Both the position numbers and the translations under genes were made by a program. A stretch of DNA of 64,000 nt, taken from positions 19,659-83,658 of the forward strand of contig CAZOOR010000003.1 of the NCBI GenBank assembly GCA_964581505.1, in the 5' to 3' direction. Positions 1-8,997 of this stretch are shown here, piece by piece. The notes under the pieces were generated by a model that had not been told where the DNA came from, did no database searches, and saw only the letters and a list, made by a program, of their open reading frames with translations. The stretch is from an uncultured Hyphomicrobiales bacterium. GTDB lineage: Bacteria; Bacteroidota; Ignavibacteria; Kapaibacteriales; UBA2268. Positions within the stretch are counted from its first letter, which is position 1; each line of letters begins with the position of its first letter.

Positions 1-734
1 TTCTGACAAAGTCCTTTTGCATTTAGCGGGTCGTTATTCTGATAAAAGTGATGAAACATCTCAATGAATTTATATTTATCAGATTTGACTTCCTCATAAG
101 AAGGTAATTCAATATATTCGTCAATTTTATTGTTTGCAATATAGCACAGTCCTCGAATATCCGAATAGTCTTGATTGTTCTTAATACGAGAGGCAATTTC
201 CAGTATGGTTTTCTCTGCCATACCATAAGCTATGGCATCGGCTTTCGAGTCCAATAAAACCGAACGGCGGACATTGTCACTCCAATAATCATAATGAGCA
301 ATACGGCGAAGGCTTGCCTCCACACCACCAAGTATTATGGGTTTGCGACTTTTGAAATATTTCTTAATAAGGTTAGTATAAATAATTGTTGCCCTATCCG
401 GCCTGCGGTGGATATGTTCGGTAGGAGTCAAATCATCATATCGTTTTTTCTTTTTTAGGGAAGTGTAATTTGCTACCATTGAATCCACAAGACCGGCACT
501 AATACCCCAAAAGAGTTTAGGTTCGCCCAATCGGGATATATCCGCATCAGAATCAAGAGAGGGTTGCGATATTATACCTACGCTGTAGCCGGCATCTTGC
601 AATACTCTGCCAATAACTGCGGCTCCGTCATAATAGGAATCAATATACACGTCTCCGCTGACTATAATCACATCAAGTCTATCAATGCCTGCGGCGTCTA
701 ATTCTTCTTTTGTTGTTGGTAAAAATCCCTTCAT
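1..734 (-). CDS. YgiQ family (UPF0313) radical SAM protein, N-terminal portion; gene runs off the 5' window edge
   Basis: Reverse-strand translation from ATG (complement of 732-734) gives MKGFLPTTKEELDAAGIDRLDVIIVSGDVYIDSYYDGAAVIGRVLQDAGYSVGIISQP. This matches the conserved YgiQ N-terminal domain. No stop before position 1. Not in the ORF track because it is incomplete. Confidence 0.8.
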   Translation of the reverse strand, partial: MKGFLPTTKEELDAAGIDRLDVIIVSGDVYIDSYYDGAAVIGRVLQDAGYSVGIISQPSLDSDADISRLGEPKLFWGISAGLVDSMVANYTSLKKKKRYDDLTPTEHIHRRPDRATIIYTNLIKKYFKSRKPIILGGVEASLRRIAHYDYWSDNVRRSVLLDSKADAIAYGMAEKTILEIASRIKNNQDYSDIRGLCYIANNKIDEYIELPSYEEVKSDKYKFIEMFHHFYQNNDPLNAKGLCQ

Positions 735-867
735 TCTCTATTTTTTTTAATTTTTATTGCAATTTAACGAAAAATATACAATCATCTATTGATTAAGACT
801 GCGATTATTTCTATTTTTGTTAAATTAATTATATGAAATATGTATTGAAATTTTATGGAGGTGTAAA

Positions 868-1458
868 ATGAGTAAAAAATATCAGATTTTTCTCTTGTCC
901 TTTTTGTTATTTATTTCCGTATTAAATGCACAAGATGAATATGGAGAATATAGTCCTGTCTGCGGTCCTGGTGTTATATATGCCGAAACGAAAGTTCTTT
1001 TTGCCGAAGCGGGATATGGACCCAGAGATTTAACACTTGGTATCGGGTTCCGCTGGGATTTTATCGGACTTGATATTAATCTCGGCGGATTTATGGATAA
1101 TACTCCAAATTATATGTATGCTACAAAGCAATATCCCTATCCAAAGGAATTTAACGAATACACCTATGCACGAACAACGCTAACAATCAATGCAAGCTAT
1201 TATTATGATTATGAAGAATACAGTTTCTTTGCATCGGTTGGTTACTTTAATCAGGTGGATACTGCGCTAGTCAGGTCATTAGATGCCGGTGGTACAAGAG
1301 GTGTTTTCTTCCCAAGACGTGGAAATCCTGCAATTAAGACAAGTGGAATATGTTTTGGGCTGGGTGCCAATTATTTTATAGATGAAAAATATGTAGCCGG
1401 CTTGGGTTATCATACCAAAAAAGGCGTATTTCTGCAATTCGGATATTATTTCTATTAA
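868..1458 (+). CDS. hypothetical secreted protein, probable small outer-membrane beta-barrel
   Basis: N-terminal signal peptide MSKKYQIFLLSFLLFISVLNAQ. Alternating aromatic/Gly-rich composition. C-terminal ...FLQFGYYFY aromatic terminus typical of OM beta-barrels. Confidence 0.5.
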   Translation: MSKKYQIFLLSFLLFISVLNAQDEYGEYSPVCGPGVIYAETKVLFAEAGYGPRDLTLGIGFRWDFIGLDINLGGFMDNTPNYMYATKQYPYPKEFNEYTYARTTLTINASYYYDYEEYSFFASVGYFNQVDTALVRSLDAGGTRGVFFPRRGNPAIKTSGICFGLGANYFIDEKYVAGLGYHTKKGVFLQFGYYFY

Positions 1459-1486
1459 TTTTTTAATTACTATTATTGTTTGAACT

Positions 1487-3955
1487 ATGAGTAAATTTAA
1501 AGCAAGTTATAAAGAGCTTAAACCTTCGGACTTACGTTGGACTTGTCCGGTTAAGCATTTCAAATTCAAAACAACAAAAAATTTGAAACCATTGAACGAG
1601 ATTGTCGGGCAACCGAGAGCGATTGAAGCAATTAGGCTCGGCTCCGAATTGCAATCCAAGGGATATAATATTTTCGTTTCGGGCTTGGCAGGTACAGGTC
1701 GTTTATCTACTGTTAAAATGATTTTGGAAAAAATGCCTATGGGCGAACCGAAATTATTCGATTTCTGCTATGTTAATAATTTTTCGGAACGCGAAGCACC
1801 ACGTCTTGTTCGACTACCTAAAGGCAAAGGCAAGCTCTTTGCGAAAGCTATGGACGATGCTATTGAATTATTAAGAAGTCATTTGCCTAAAATCTTTGAA
1901 GACGAAAAATTCCAAACAGAACGTAAGCATTTGATTGAAAGCTATCAAAAAAAAGAACATAATATTCTTAAACAATTTGATGACAGAATCCAAAAGGATA
2001 ATTTTGTTCGCGGGCAAATCGAAACGGAAGAAGGTATGACTCAGGCTGATGTTTTCCCGCTTGTCGAGGGCGAAGCTGTTGCCATTCAACTTCTAAACGA
2101 ATATGTCGTCAATAAAAAAATCACAAACAAGCAAGCCGAAGATATTTATAAAAAATATACAAAGTATAAAAACCAACTACTCGAAATCGGCAAGCGACAA
2201 ATTAAACTGATGACTGAGTTCAAACAGGCTATTGCAAAGAATGACAAAGCTCGTATTGCAACTACTGTCAATTCCGTTTTGGACGATATTAAAAATAGAT
2301 TCAAAACCGACAAGGTTATTGCGTTTATTGATGAAGTAAAAAAGTTCATAATGGATAATATTATGTTTTTTGTTCCGGGTGCAAGTTTCCTGAATCCGGC
2401 TAATCAAATTGACGAGAGTGTTAAGAACACGGTTTTCAATTTATTTAAAGTAAACGTAATAGTGGATAATACAGGCAACGAGAAACCACCTATTATTGTG
2501 GAGCGAACACCCTCATATACAAATCTATTCGGTGCGATTGAAAGAACGGTTGATAAGAACGGCGCTTGGCATACCGATTTTTCCAAGATACGTGCCGGCT
2601 CCGTACTGAAAGCTGACGGTGGATTCCTGATTGTCAATGCGGCGGATTTATTTGAAGAGTCCGGTGTATGGCAAGCATTGAAAAGAGTACTACTATATGA
2701 TAGATTGGAAATACAAACATTTGAATCCATACTACAATTTTCCCAAGTGTATATTAAACCTGAACCTATTAAAGTAAATGTCAAGATTGTTATTATTGGT
2801 GGACTTACACTATATAAAATGCTTTATGAATACGAAAAGGGTTTTAAGAAAATATTCAAGATTAATGCACAATTCGACTATGAGTCAAAACGTAACAATG
2901 AGATGATTAAAAACTACGCACGCTTTGCCGCAAAAATTTGCAAGGAAGATAATCTTCCACCATTTACACCGGACGGCATCGCCGCTCTTGTTGAATGGGG
3001 TGTGGAGCATGCCGGCTCTGTTGATAAAATCACATTGAAGTTTTCAGATGTTGCTGACGTTATCCGCGAATCCGCTTTTTATGATAAGTATTCCAACAAA
3101 AAATACATCAATCGCGAAGATGTAGTAAAAGCAATCGAGATGCAGAGGTACAGAAATAATCTTTGGGACGAAAAGATGAAGGAAAGTATTCTCGAAGGTA
3201 CTATGATGATTGACGTGAAAGGTATGCGTGTAGGACAAATTAATGCACTTACCGTTTTAGATGACGGGTTATTATCTTTCGGCAAGCCTGCTCGGATTAC
3301 CGCAACCGTTAGCGTTGGTTCTGCGGGTATTATCAATATTGAGCGCGAGGCGGATATGAGCGGCTCCATACACAATAAGGGGGTATTGATAATATCTAAC
3401 TTCTTCCGCGAACGCTTTGCACAGAAAAGACCTCTGGCATTTACTGCTTCACTTGCTTTTGAGCAGAACTATGGTGGTATAGACGGAGACAGTGCAACAG
3501 CCGCCGAAATATATGTCCTTATTTCAGCTATGATTAATGTACCTGTTAATCAATCTTTTGCTCTTACAGGTTCGATGAATCAGAAGGGTGATATTCAGCC
3601 AATAGGTGGAGTAAATGAAAAAATTACAGGTTTCTACGAAATATGCAAGGAGCAAGGATTGACGGGTGAGCAGGGTATTTTGATTCCCGACCTCAATGTC
3701 AGAGATTTAATGCTTCGTCAGGAAATTGTTGATGATGTAAAAGCCGGTAAATTTAAGATTTATTCATTCAAACGTATTGAAGAAGGTATGGAGCTTATTC
3801 TCGGTCTCCCTGCCGGCAAACTCGGCAAGGACGGAATTTATCCCGAAGGTACTGTTTACAGAATGATTACGGATAGATTGAATGAGCTAACTGCTCTGGC
3901 AAAAGATAAAAAAATCAAGAAAAAATCAGAAAAGTCTAAGACAAGTAGAAAGTAA
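1487..3955 (+). CDS. Lon-like protease, LonC/COG1067 type (AAA-like domain plus C-terminal Lon S16 protease domain)
   Basis: N-terminus ELKPSDLRWTCP...IVGQPRAIEAIRLGSELQSKGYNIFVSGLAGTGRLST. C-terminal protease domain with DGDSATAAE (Ser) and GGVNEKITGF (Lys). The Walker A-like site reads GxxGxGR (Arg instead of Lys). Confidence 0.8.
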   Translation: MSKFKASYKELKPSDLRWTCPVKHFKFKTTKNLKPLNEIVGQPRAIEAIRLGSELQSKGYNIFVSGLAGTGRLSTVKMILEKMPMGEPKLFDFCYVNNFSEREAPRLVRLPKGKGKLFAKAMDDAIELLRSHLPKIFEDEKFQTERKHLIESYQKKEHNILKQFDDRIQKDNFVRGQIETEEGMTQADVFPLVEGEAVAIQLLNEYVVNKKITNKQAEDIYKKYTKYKNQLLEIGKRQIKLMTEFKQAIAKNDKARIATTVNSVLDDIKNRFKTDKVIAFIDEVKKFIMDNIMFFVPGASFLNPANQIDESVKNTVFNLFKVNVIVDNTGNEKPPIIVERTPSYTNLFGAIERTVDKNGAWHTDFSKIRAGSVLKADGGFLIVNAADLFEESGVWQALKRVLLYDRLEIQTFESILQFSQVYIKPEPIKVNVKIVIIGGLTLYKMLYEYEKGFKKIFKINAQFDYESKRNNEMIKNYARFAAKICKEDNLPPFTPDGIAALVEWGVEHAGSVDKITLKFSDVADVIRESAFYDKYSNKKYINREDVVKAIEMQRYRNNLWDEKMKESILEGTMMIDVKGMRVGQINALTVLDDGLLSFGKPARITATVSVGSAGIINIEREADMSGSIHNKGVLIISNFFRERFAQKRPLAFTASLAFEQNYGGIDGDSATAAEIYVLISAMINVPVNQSFALTGSMNQKGDIQPIGGVNEKITGFYEICKEQGLTGEQGILIPDLNVRDLMLRQEIVDDVKAGKFKIYSFKRIEEGMELILGLPAGKLGKDGIYPEGTVYRMITDRLNELTALAKDKKIKKKSEKSKTSRK

Positions 3956-3960
3956 TTGAT

Positions 3961-4626
3961 ATGAAGCAACACAAGATTAAAATTGCACCATCGCTATTAT
4001 CTGCCAATTGGGCTAACTTGGAGCGGGACGTTCAACTCTGCGAAGAAGGTGGTGCGGATATTTTGCATTTTGATTCTATGGATGGTCATTTTGTACCGAA
4101 TATTACTATCGGTCCAATGATGCTCAAAGCAGTTAAATCTGTTACAAATCTTCCGGTTTCGGCGCATCTTATGATAGAGAATGCGGATTTCTTTATTGAG
4201 GATTATATTAGGAACGGAGCCAATTATGTGTCGGTGCATTCGGAATGTAGCCCGCATTTACATCGTTCACTTCAATTGATTCATAAATTCGGAGCAAAGG
4301 CAGGCTTGGCTCTTAATCCGGTAACACCGCTCGAATATGCTTACGAAGCCGCCGAATATTGCGATTTTATTTTGTTAATGTCGGTCAATCCGGGCTTTGG
4401 GGGGCAGCAGTTTATTCCTTCCTTCCTGAAAAGAGCCGAAAAATTGCGAAATTTTCTTAATAAGAATGGATTGGAATCTGTGGAAATCGAAGTTGATGGT
4501 GGTGTGAAGATTGATAATGCCGCTGACATAGTGAATGCCGGTGCTAATATTATTGTTTCCGGCACAGGTATTTTCAGTGGTAATATCGTTGATAATATCA
4601 AAGCAATGAGAGAAGAAGTGAGTTAA
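3961..4626 (+). CDS. rpe: ribulose-phosphate 3-epimerase
   Basis: KIAPSLLSANWANLERDV...HFDSMDGHFVPNITIGP...VDGGV; full-length Rpe-like, 221 aa. Confidence 0.9.
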   Translation: MKQHKIKIAPSLLSANWANLERDVQLCEEGGADILHFDSMDGHFVPNITIGPMMLKAVKSVTNLPVSAHLMIENADFFIEDYIRNGANYVSVHSECSPHLHRSLQLIHKFGAKAGLALNPVTPLEYAYEAAEYCDFILLMSVNPGFGGQQFIPSFLKRAEKLRNFLNKNGLESVEIEVDGGVKIDNAADIVNAGANIIVSGTGIFSGNIVDNIKAMREEVS

Positions 4627-4645
4627 AATATATATTTGTATTTGG

Positions 4646-4688
4646 AAGGACTGCCTATGTTTTCTAACGCGGCAGTCCTTTATTATTT
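4646..4688 (+). terminator. Rho-independent terminator after rpe
   Basis: 10-bp perfect stem aaggactgcc / ggcagtcctt with a 15-nt loop, followed by tattattt. Confidence 0.6.
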
Positions 4689-4751
4689 ACATTAATAAAA
4701 TATTCCTGAAAAATTGTTAATTTTGTTTCTTTTAATAACATCAAAATAAAA

Positions 4752-6986
4752 ATGAAAACTCCCGAGCATTTATATACAGAATTAGAAGTTACTGTCGAAA
4801 CCGGTAAAGAATGCGGTTTGACCGAAGAAGAATATAATAACATTGTTGAATTTTTAGGTCGTAAACCTACTTATACGGAAATTGGTGTTTACGGCGTTAT
4901 GTGGAGCGAACACTGCTCCTATAAAAATTCAATAAAATTACTAAAAACATTGCCGCGTGACGGAAAGAATTTACTAGTTGGTGCAGGTGAAGAAAATGCG
5001 GGTCTTGTTGATATTGGGGACGGTTATGCTATTTGTTTCAAAATAGAAAGCCATAACCACCCTTCTGCTATTGAGCCTTTCGAGGGTGCGGCAACCGGTG
5101 TCGGCGGTATTCTGCGTGATATTTTTTCTATGGGTGCAAGACCGATTGCCGCTCTGAATTCACTCCATTTCGGCGAACTGGATTCCGAGAGAATTAAGTA
5201 TTTGCTTGGTGGTGTCGTTTCGGGTATTGCTCATTACGGGAATTGTTTCGGCGTGCCGACTGTGGGCGGTGAAATATATTTCGAGGATAGCTATCACGAT
5301 AATCCTTTGATAAATGCTATGGCTGTCGGTATTGTAAAAAGCGATAGAACAGCCAGTGCTACTGCCGAAGGTGTCGGCAATCCTGTTTTCATTGTTGGTA
5401 GCGGTACCGGACGGGACGGCATTCACGGTGCTTCCTTGCTTGCTTCCCGTGAATTTGATGAACTTACTGATGATATGCGTCCTACCGTTCAGGTTGGGGA
5501 TCCGTTCGCTGAAAAATTACTACTCGAAGCTACGCTTGAATTAATTAAATCCGGTGTTGTAGTAGGTGTGCAAGATATGGGAGCGGCGGGTATCAGTTGT
5601 TCTACAAGTGAGATGAGTGCTAAGGGTAAAGCAGGTATGATTATTGATTTGGATTTAGTACCATTGCGCGAAAATGATATGACTGCTTATGAAATTATGT
5701 TGTCCGAATCGCAGGAAAGGATGCTCTTCATTATTGAAAAAGGCAGGGAAAATGAAGCAATTGAGATTTGCGACAAATGGGATGTTCCAATCACAAAAAT
5801 CGGTACTGTTACTGATGACGGTCTAATTAAAGTTACTCGTAACGGAAAGCAAGTTTGTGAACTTGATGCCGATAATTTGGTGCTTGGCGGCGGGGCGCCG
5901 CAATACGACCGCGAAAAAAAGAAGCCGACATATTTAGAGGAAACCTCCAACTTCGATTTAGATAGTCTAAAAACCGATTTATCTTTGAATGATATTTTTT
6001 GGAAGATATTGACTACACCGACTGTTGCATCAAAGCGATGGATATTTGAACAGTATGATTCGCAGGTTAGAACAAATACTATAACTATTAAAGGGGACGC
6101 CGCCGTACTTCGCTTGAAAGAATTACCCGGCAAAGGTATATCCGTTACAACGGATTGTAACCCCAGATATGTATATCTCAATCCTTATGAAGGTGCTAAA
6201 GCCGCTGTTGCCGAAGCCGCAAGAAATGTCGTCTGTACAGGCGCCAAACCTGTGGCTATTACTAATTGTCTTAATTTCGGTAATCCTTATGACCCGGAAG
6301 TCTATTGGCAATTTACCGAAGCGGTACGGGGTATGGGCGATGCTTGTCGTAAATTTGAAACTCCTGTTACAGGTGGCAATGTCTCTTTCCATAATGAATC
6401 ACGCTCTCGAGCAGTATTTCCTACGCCGACCATTGGAATGCTCGGAGTAATTGATGATTTGGATAAAGTTATCGGAGCGGGATTTGTACATGAGGGCGAT
6501 TTAATTGCTATAATAGGTAATACTCGCGAAGAACTTGGTGGCTCGGAGTATTTGAAGCAGGTTTTCGGGCTTGTTACGGGTAAAGCACCCATTCTGGATT
6601 TAGATGAAGAACAAAGATTGCATAACACAATACTTGAAGCCATAGATAAGGAATTGTTTAGCTCTGCACACGATATTGCGGAAGGTGGTATTGCCGTTGC
6701 TTTGGCGGAGAAAGCAATAGTATCAGGTCAATTCGGGGCGCATATCGCTTTGCAGGGAACAAGTTCTGCGGCATTATTCGGCGAATCGCAATCAAGGGTA
6801 ATTGTTTCATTTAACCCGGAATACAAAGATAAAATTGAGAATATTTGCAAAGCAAATAGTATCGGGTTTGACTTAATCGGTACTGTTACCTCGTCCGATT
6901 TTATCATCAATGATGTTATTAATACAAATGTTGATGAATTAACAAAAGAATATGAGGGTGCTATACCAAATATTATGAATAAGTAA
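4752..6986 (+). CDS. purL: phosphoribosylformylglycinamidine synthase subunit PurL (FGAM synthase II)
   Basis: 744 aa; MKTPEHLYTELEVTVETGKECGLTEEEYNNIVEFLGRKPTYTEIGVYGVMWSEHCSYKNS and the duplicated AIR-synthase-like domains typical of PurL. Confidence 0.95.
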   Translation: MKTPEHLYTELEVTVETGKECGLTEEEYNNIVEFLGRKPTYTEIGVYGVMWSEHCSYKNSIKLLKTLPRDGKNLLVGAGEENAGLVDIGDGYAICFKIESHNHPSAIEPFEGAATGVGGILRDIFSMGARPIAALNSLHFGELDSERIKYLLGGVVSGIAHYGNCFGVPTVGGEIYFEDSYHDNPLINAMAVGIVKSDRTASATAEGVGNPVFIVGSGTGRDGIHGASLLASREFDELTDDMRPTVQVGDPFAEKLLLEATLELIKSGVVVGVQDMGAAGISCSTSEMSAKGKAGMIIDLDLVPLRENDMTAYEIMLSESQERMLFIIEKGRENEAIEICDKWDVPITKIGTVTDDGLIKVTRNGKQVCELDADNLVLGGGAPQYDREKKKPTYLEETSNFDLDSLKTDLSLNDIFWKILTTPTVASKRWIFEQYDSQVRTNTITIKGDAAVLRLKELPGKGISVTTDCNPRYVYLNPYEGAKAAVAEAARNVVCTGAKPVAITNCLNFGNPYDPEVYWQFTEAVRGMGDACRKFETPVTGGNVSFHNESRSRAVFPTPTIGMLGVIDDLDKVIGAGFVHEGDLIAIIGNTREELGGSEYLKQVFGLVTGKAPILDLDEEQRLHNTILEAIDKELFSSAHDIAEGGIAVALAEKAIVSGQFGAHIALQGTSSAALFGESQSRVIVSFNPEYKDKIENICKANSIGFDLIGTVTSSDFIINDVINTNVDELTKEYEGAIPNIMNK

Positions 6987-6993
6987 AACAAAT

Positions 6994-7036
6994 AAACTAT
7001 AAAAAAAGCGGCTTCGAGCCGCTTTTTTTATAGTTT
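6994..7036. terminator. bidirectional Rho-independent terminator (perfect 43-nt palindrome)
   Basis: aaactataaaaaaagcggc-ttcga-gccgctttttttatagttt. 19-nt arms are exact reverse complements with A-run/T-run flanks. Sits between convergent purL (+) and the OM protein gene (-). Confidence 0.75.
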
Positions 7037-7051
7037 ATTATTTGGAGTAGT

Positions 7052-7594
7052 TTAGAATATTACCCAATTAACACCTATGAAAGGCTCCATAACACCGGCT
7101 TTAAATCTTGTGGGGTCAAGATAGAAACTAATAAATTTGACACCACCATAGATATTCGTTAATTTAGTTACACGCCATTCTAAGCCTGTATTTACATTAA
7201 TGCTTGTGTAAGTACTTGTACTTTTAACATATTCGGCTCTTTGAGGGTCGTAACTTGAATAGGTGCCGGTACTGATAGTAAAAACACCCTGTCCGTAGAA
7301 CCAAAGAGTATTGGTCAATTTCGTGATATAATAATTAAAGTAAGGAGCAAATAAGAGGGAAGTAGTACTGGGCTGTCTGCCTGTGCCACCATCAAAAATA
7401 AACCCAAAATGTGCGCCGATAGCTGAATTATTACTTAGGTAATAAAATAGATGACCTCCAATTGAAGGGAAATGCCCCACTTGAATACCAATACCACCTT
7501 TGTTGCTAAGCGAAGTAGTCTTTTTCTGGGCAAAAGTCGAAATGCCGAATGCAAATACAAGTATTAATACAATTACAGTAATTCGTTTAAACAT
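7052..7594 (-). CDS. hypothetical outer-membrane beta-barrel protein
   Basis: Signal peptide MFKRITVIVLILVFAFGISTFAQ. Gly/aromatic-rich with alternating pattern. C-terminal ...GVNWVIF. Confidence 0.5.
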   Translation of the reverse strand: MFKRITVIVLILVFAFGISTFAQKKTTSLSNKGGIGIQVGHFPSIGGHLFYYLSNNSAIGAHFGFIFDGGTGRQPSTTSLLFAPYFNYYITKLTNTLWFYGQGVFTISTGTYSSYDPQRAEYVKSTSTYTSINVNTGLEWRVTKLTNIYGGVKFISFYLDPTRFKAGVMEPFIGVNWVIF

Positions 7595-7753
7595 AGTATA
7601 TCCTTATAAAAATTAAAAAAACTCTAACATTGTTGAATACAAAATATAATATATTCTTGAAGTTTCAAAATGAATTATGAAAGTTGTATTTTTTTTAAGA
7701 AATTTTAATATCTTTGTTATTGTAATATTGACCAAATATATTTTGTTTTTTAT

Positions 7754-8179
7754 ATGAAAATTTTAATATTATGCACAGGCAATTCCTGCCGTAGCCAAAT
7801 GGTCGAAGGCTATTTGAGTAGTTTGGATAAAAGGCTTGATGTGTATTCTGCCGGCACAAATCCTGAAACCGAGGTTAGCCCTTATGCTGTATCTGTTATG
7901 AAAGAGAAAGGAATTGATATTAGCGGAAATATTCCTACAAATGTGGAACAATTTGTTAATGAAGCATTTGACTTTGTTGTTACTGTATGTGATAACGCAA
8001 AGAATAATTGCCCCGTATTTACCGGCACAGTTGGCAGAAGACAACATATAGGTTTTGAAGACCCTGCTGATGCACGCGGCAGTAGAGATGAGATTTTGGA
8101 CAAGTATCGTGAAGTCAGAGACTTGATTATTAGTACGTTTAATGATTTGTATGAGAATAGTATAAAGATAAAATTATAA
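7754..8179 (+). CDS. arsC: arsenate reductase, thioredoxin-coupled LMW-PTP family (ArsC-type)
   Basis: P-loop CTGNSCRSQM at the N-terminus plus Cys pair in VCDNAKNNCP. Aligns along its whole length with Bacillus-type ArsC / low-molecular-weight phosphotyrosine phosphatase. Confidence 0.75.
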   Translation: MKILILCTGNSCRSQMVEGYLSSLDKRLDVYSAGTNPETEVSPYAVSVMKEKGIDISGNIPTNVEQFVNEAFDFVVTVCDNAKNNCPVFTGTVGRRQHIGFEDPADARGSRDEILDKYREVRDLIISTFNDLYENSIKIKL

Positions 8180-8211
8180 TAAATATTTCCGAAATATTAT
8201 GAAGGTGAACA

Positions 8212-8565
8212 ATGAAAATGCTTTTTATTTTGAATGATGCCCCCTATGGGCTTGAGAAAACTTATAATGCGCTGAGAACTATTATGGCTATCCAAAAGGA
8301 ATATCCCGAAACGGAAATTCATGTTAATCTGATGGCTGATTCTGTTTTTGCCGCCCTGACCAATCAGGTTACTCCCAGCGGTTATTATAATATCGAAAGA
8401 ATGCTTGAAAGCATTATTAAGAAGAAAGCGCAAGTTAGAATATGTACAACTTGCTTGCAAGCACGCGGTTTATTCGATGCGGAATTAATCGAAGGTATTG
8501 AATTCGGTACTTTGAAGCATCTTGCCGATTGGACTATGCAAGATGATAAAGTTATTGTGTTCTGA
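8212..8565 (+). CDS. DsrE/DsrF-like family protein (sulfur-relay-like)
   Basis: 117 aa; MKMLFILNDAPYGLEKTYNALR...IHVNLMADSVFAA...VRICTTCLQARG pattern typical of the DsrE/DsrF-like fold. Confidence 0.65.
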   Translation: MKMLFILNDAPYGLEKTYNALRTIMAIQKEYPETEIHVNLMADSVFAALTNQVTPSGYYNIERMLESIIKKKAQVRICTTCLQARGLFDAELIEGIEFGTLKHLADWTMQDDKVIVF

Positions 8566-8691
8566 TTGATTGCACATTATTTTTATTTTGCAAAAGAAAC
8601 TAAAAATTTTGTATCTTGATAATTGATTGTTTTCAATTTATTTTTTTATTAGACAATCAGTTAATACTTTGAATATTAATAGAAACGATTT

Positions 8692-8997
8692 ATGCTTAAA
8701 TCTAAACATAAATATCTGTTTGTTGCTACATTTCTATTTTTGCTTTTATCTGCCGCAATTGTTCTTATTGCCGGTGAACCCGGACTCGAAGAAATTGCAA
8801 TAGCGGAAAAAGCATCTACCGAGGGACTAAGCGGCATTAGTTTGTGGCTTGTTGATTTGTACAATGAACAAAGAACAATTTTTTCAATTGTTACATTACT
8901 AACGATGGGACTTGTTGGAATTAGTATTGCATTAATTACTGAAATATTTCTAAAGATGTTTGGTATGGAAATTACGAAAATAGAGCATAATGAGTAG
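8692..8997 (+). CDS. small membrane protein (2 predicted TM helices), unknown function
   Basis: Hydrophobic stretches FVATFLFLLLSAAIVLIAG and IFSIVTLLTMGLVGISIALITEIFL. Overlaps the downstream TauE gene by 8 nt (translational coupling). Confidence 0.4.
   Translation: MLKSKHKYLFVATFLFLLLSAAIVLIAGEPGLEEIAIAEKASTEGLSGISLWLVDLYNEQRTIFSIVTLLTMGLVGISIALITEIFLKMFGMEITKIEHNE

Noticed and set aside
1871-3375. Multiple 60-126-aa ORFs on the minus strand inside the LonC gene (and similar antisense ORFs inside purL, Lon, the PEP-utilizing gene, etc.)
   Set aside because: They lie wholly within long ORFs that have clear family motifs. They have low-complexity, Cys/Ser-rich or hydrophobic random-looking translations and no start context. 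Treated as spurious six-frame artefacts.
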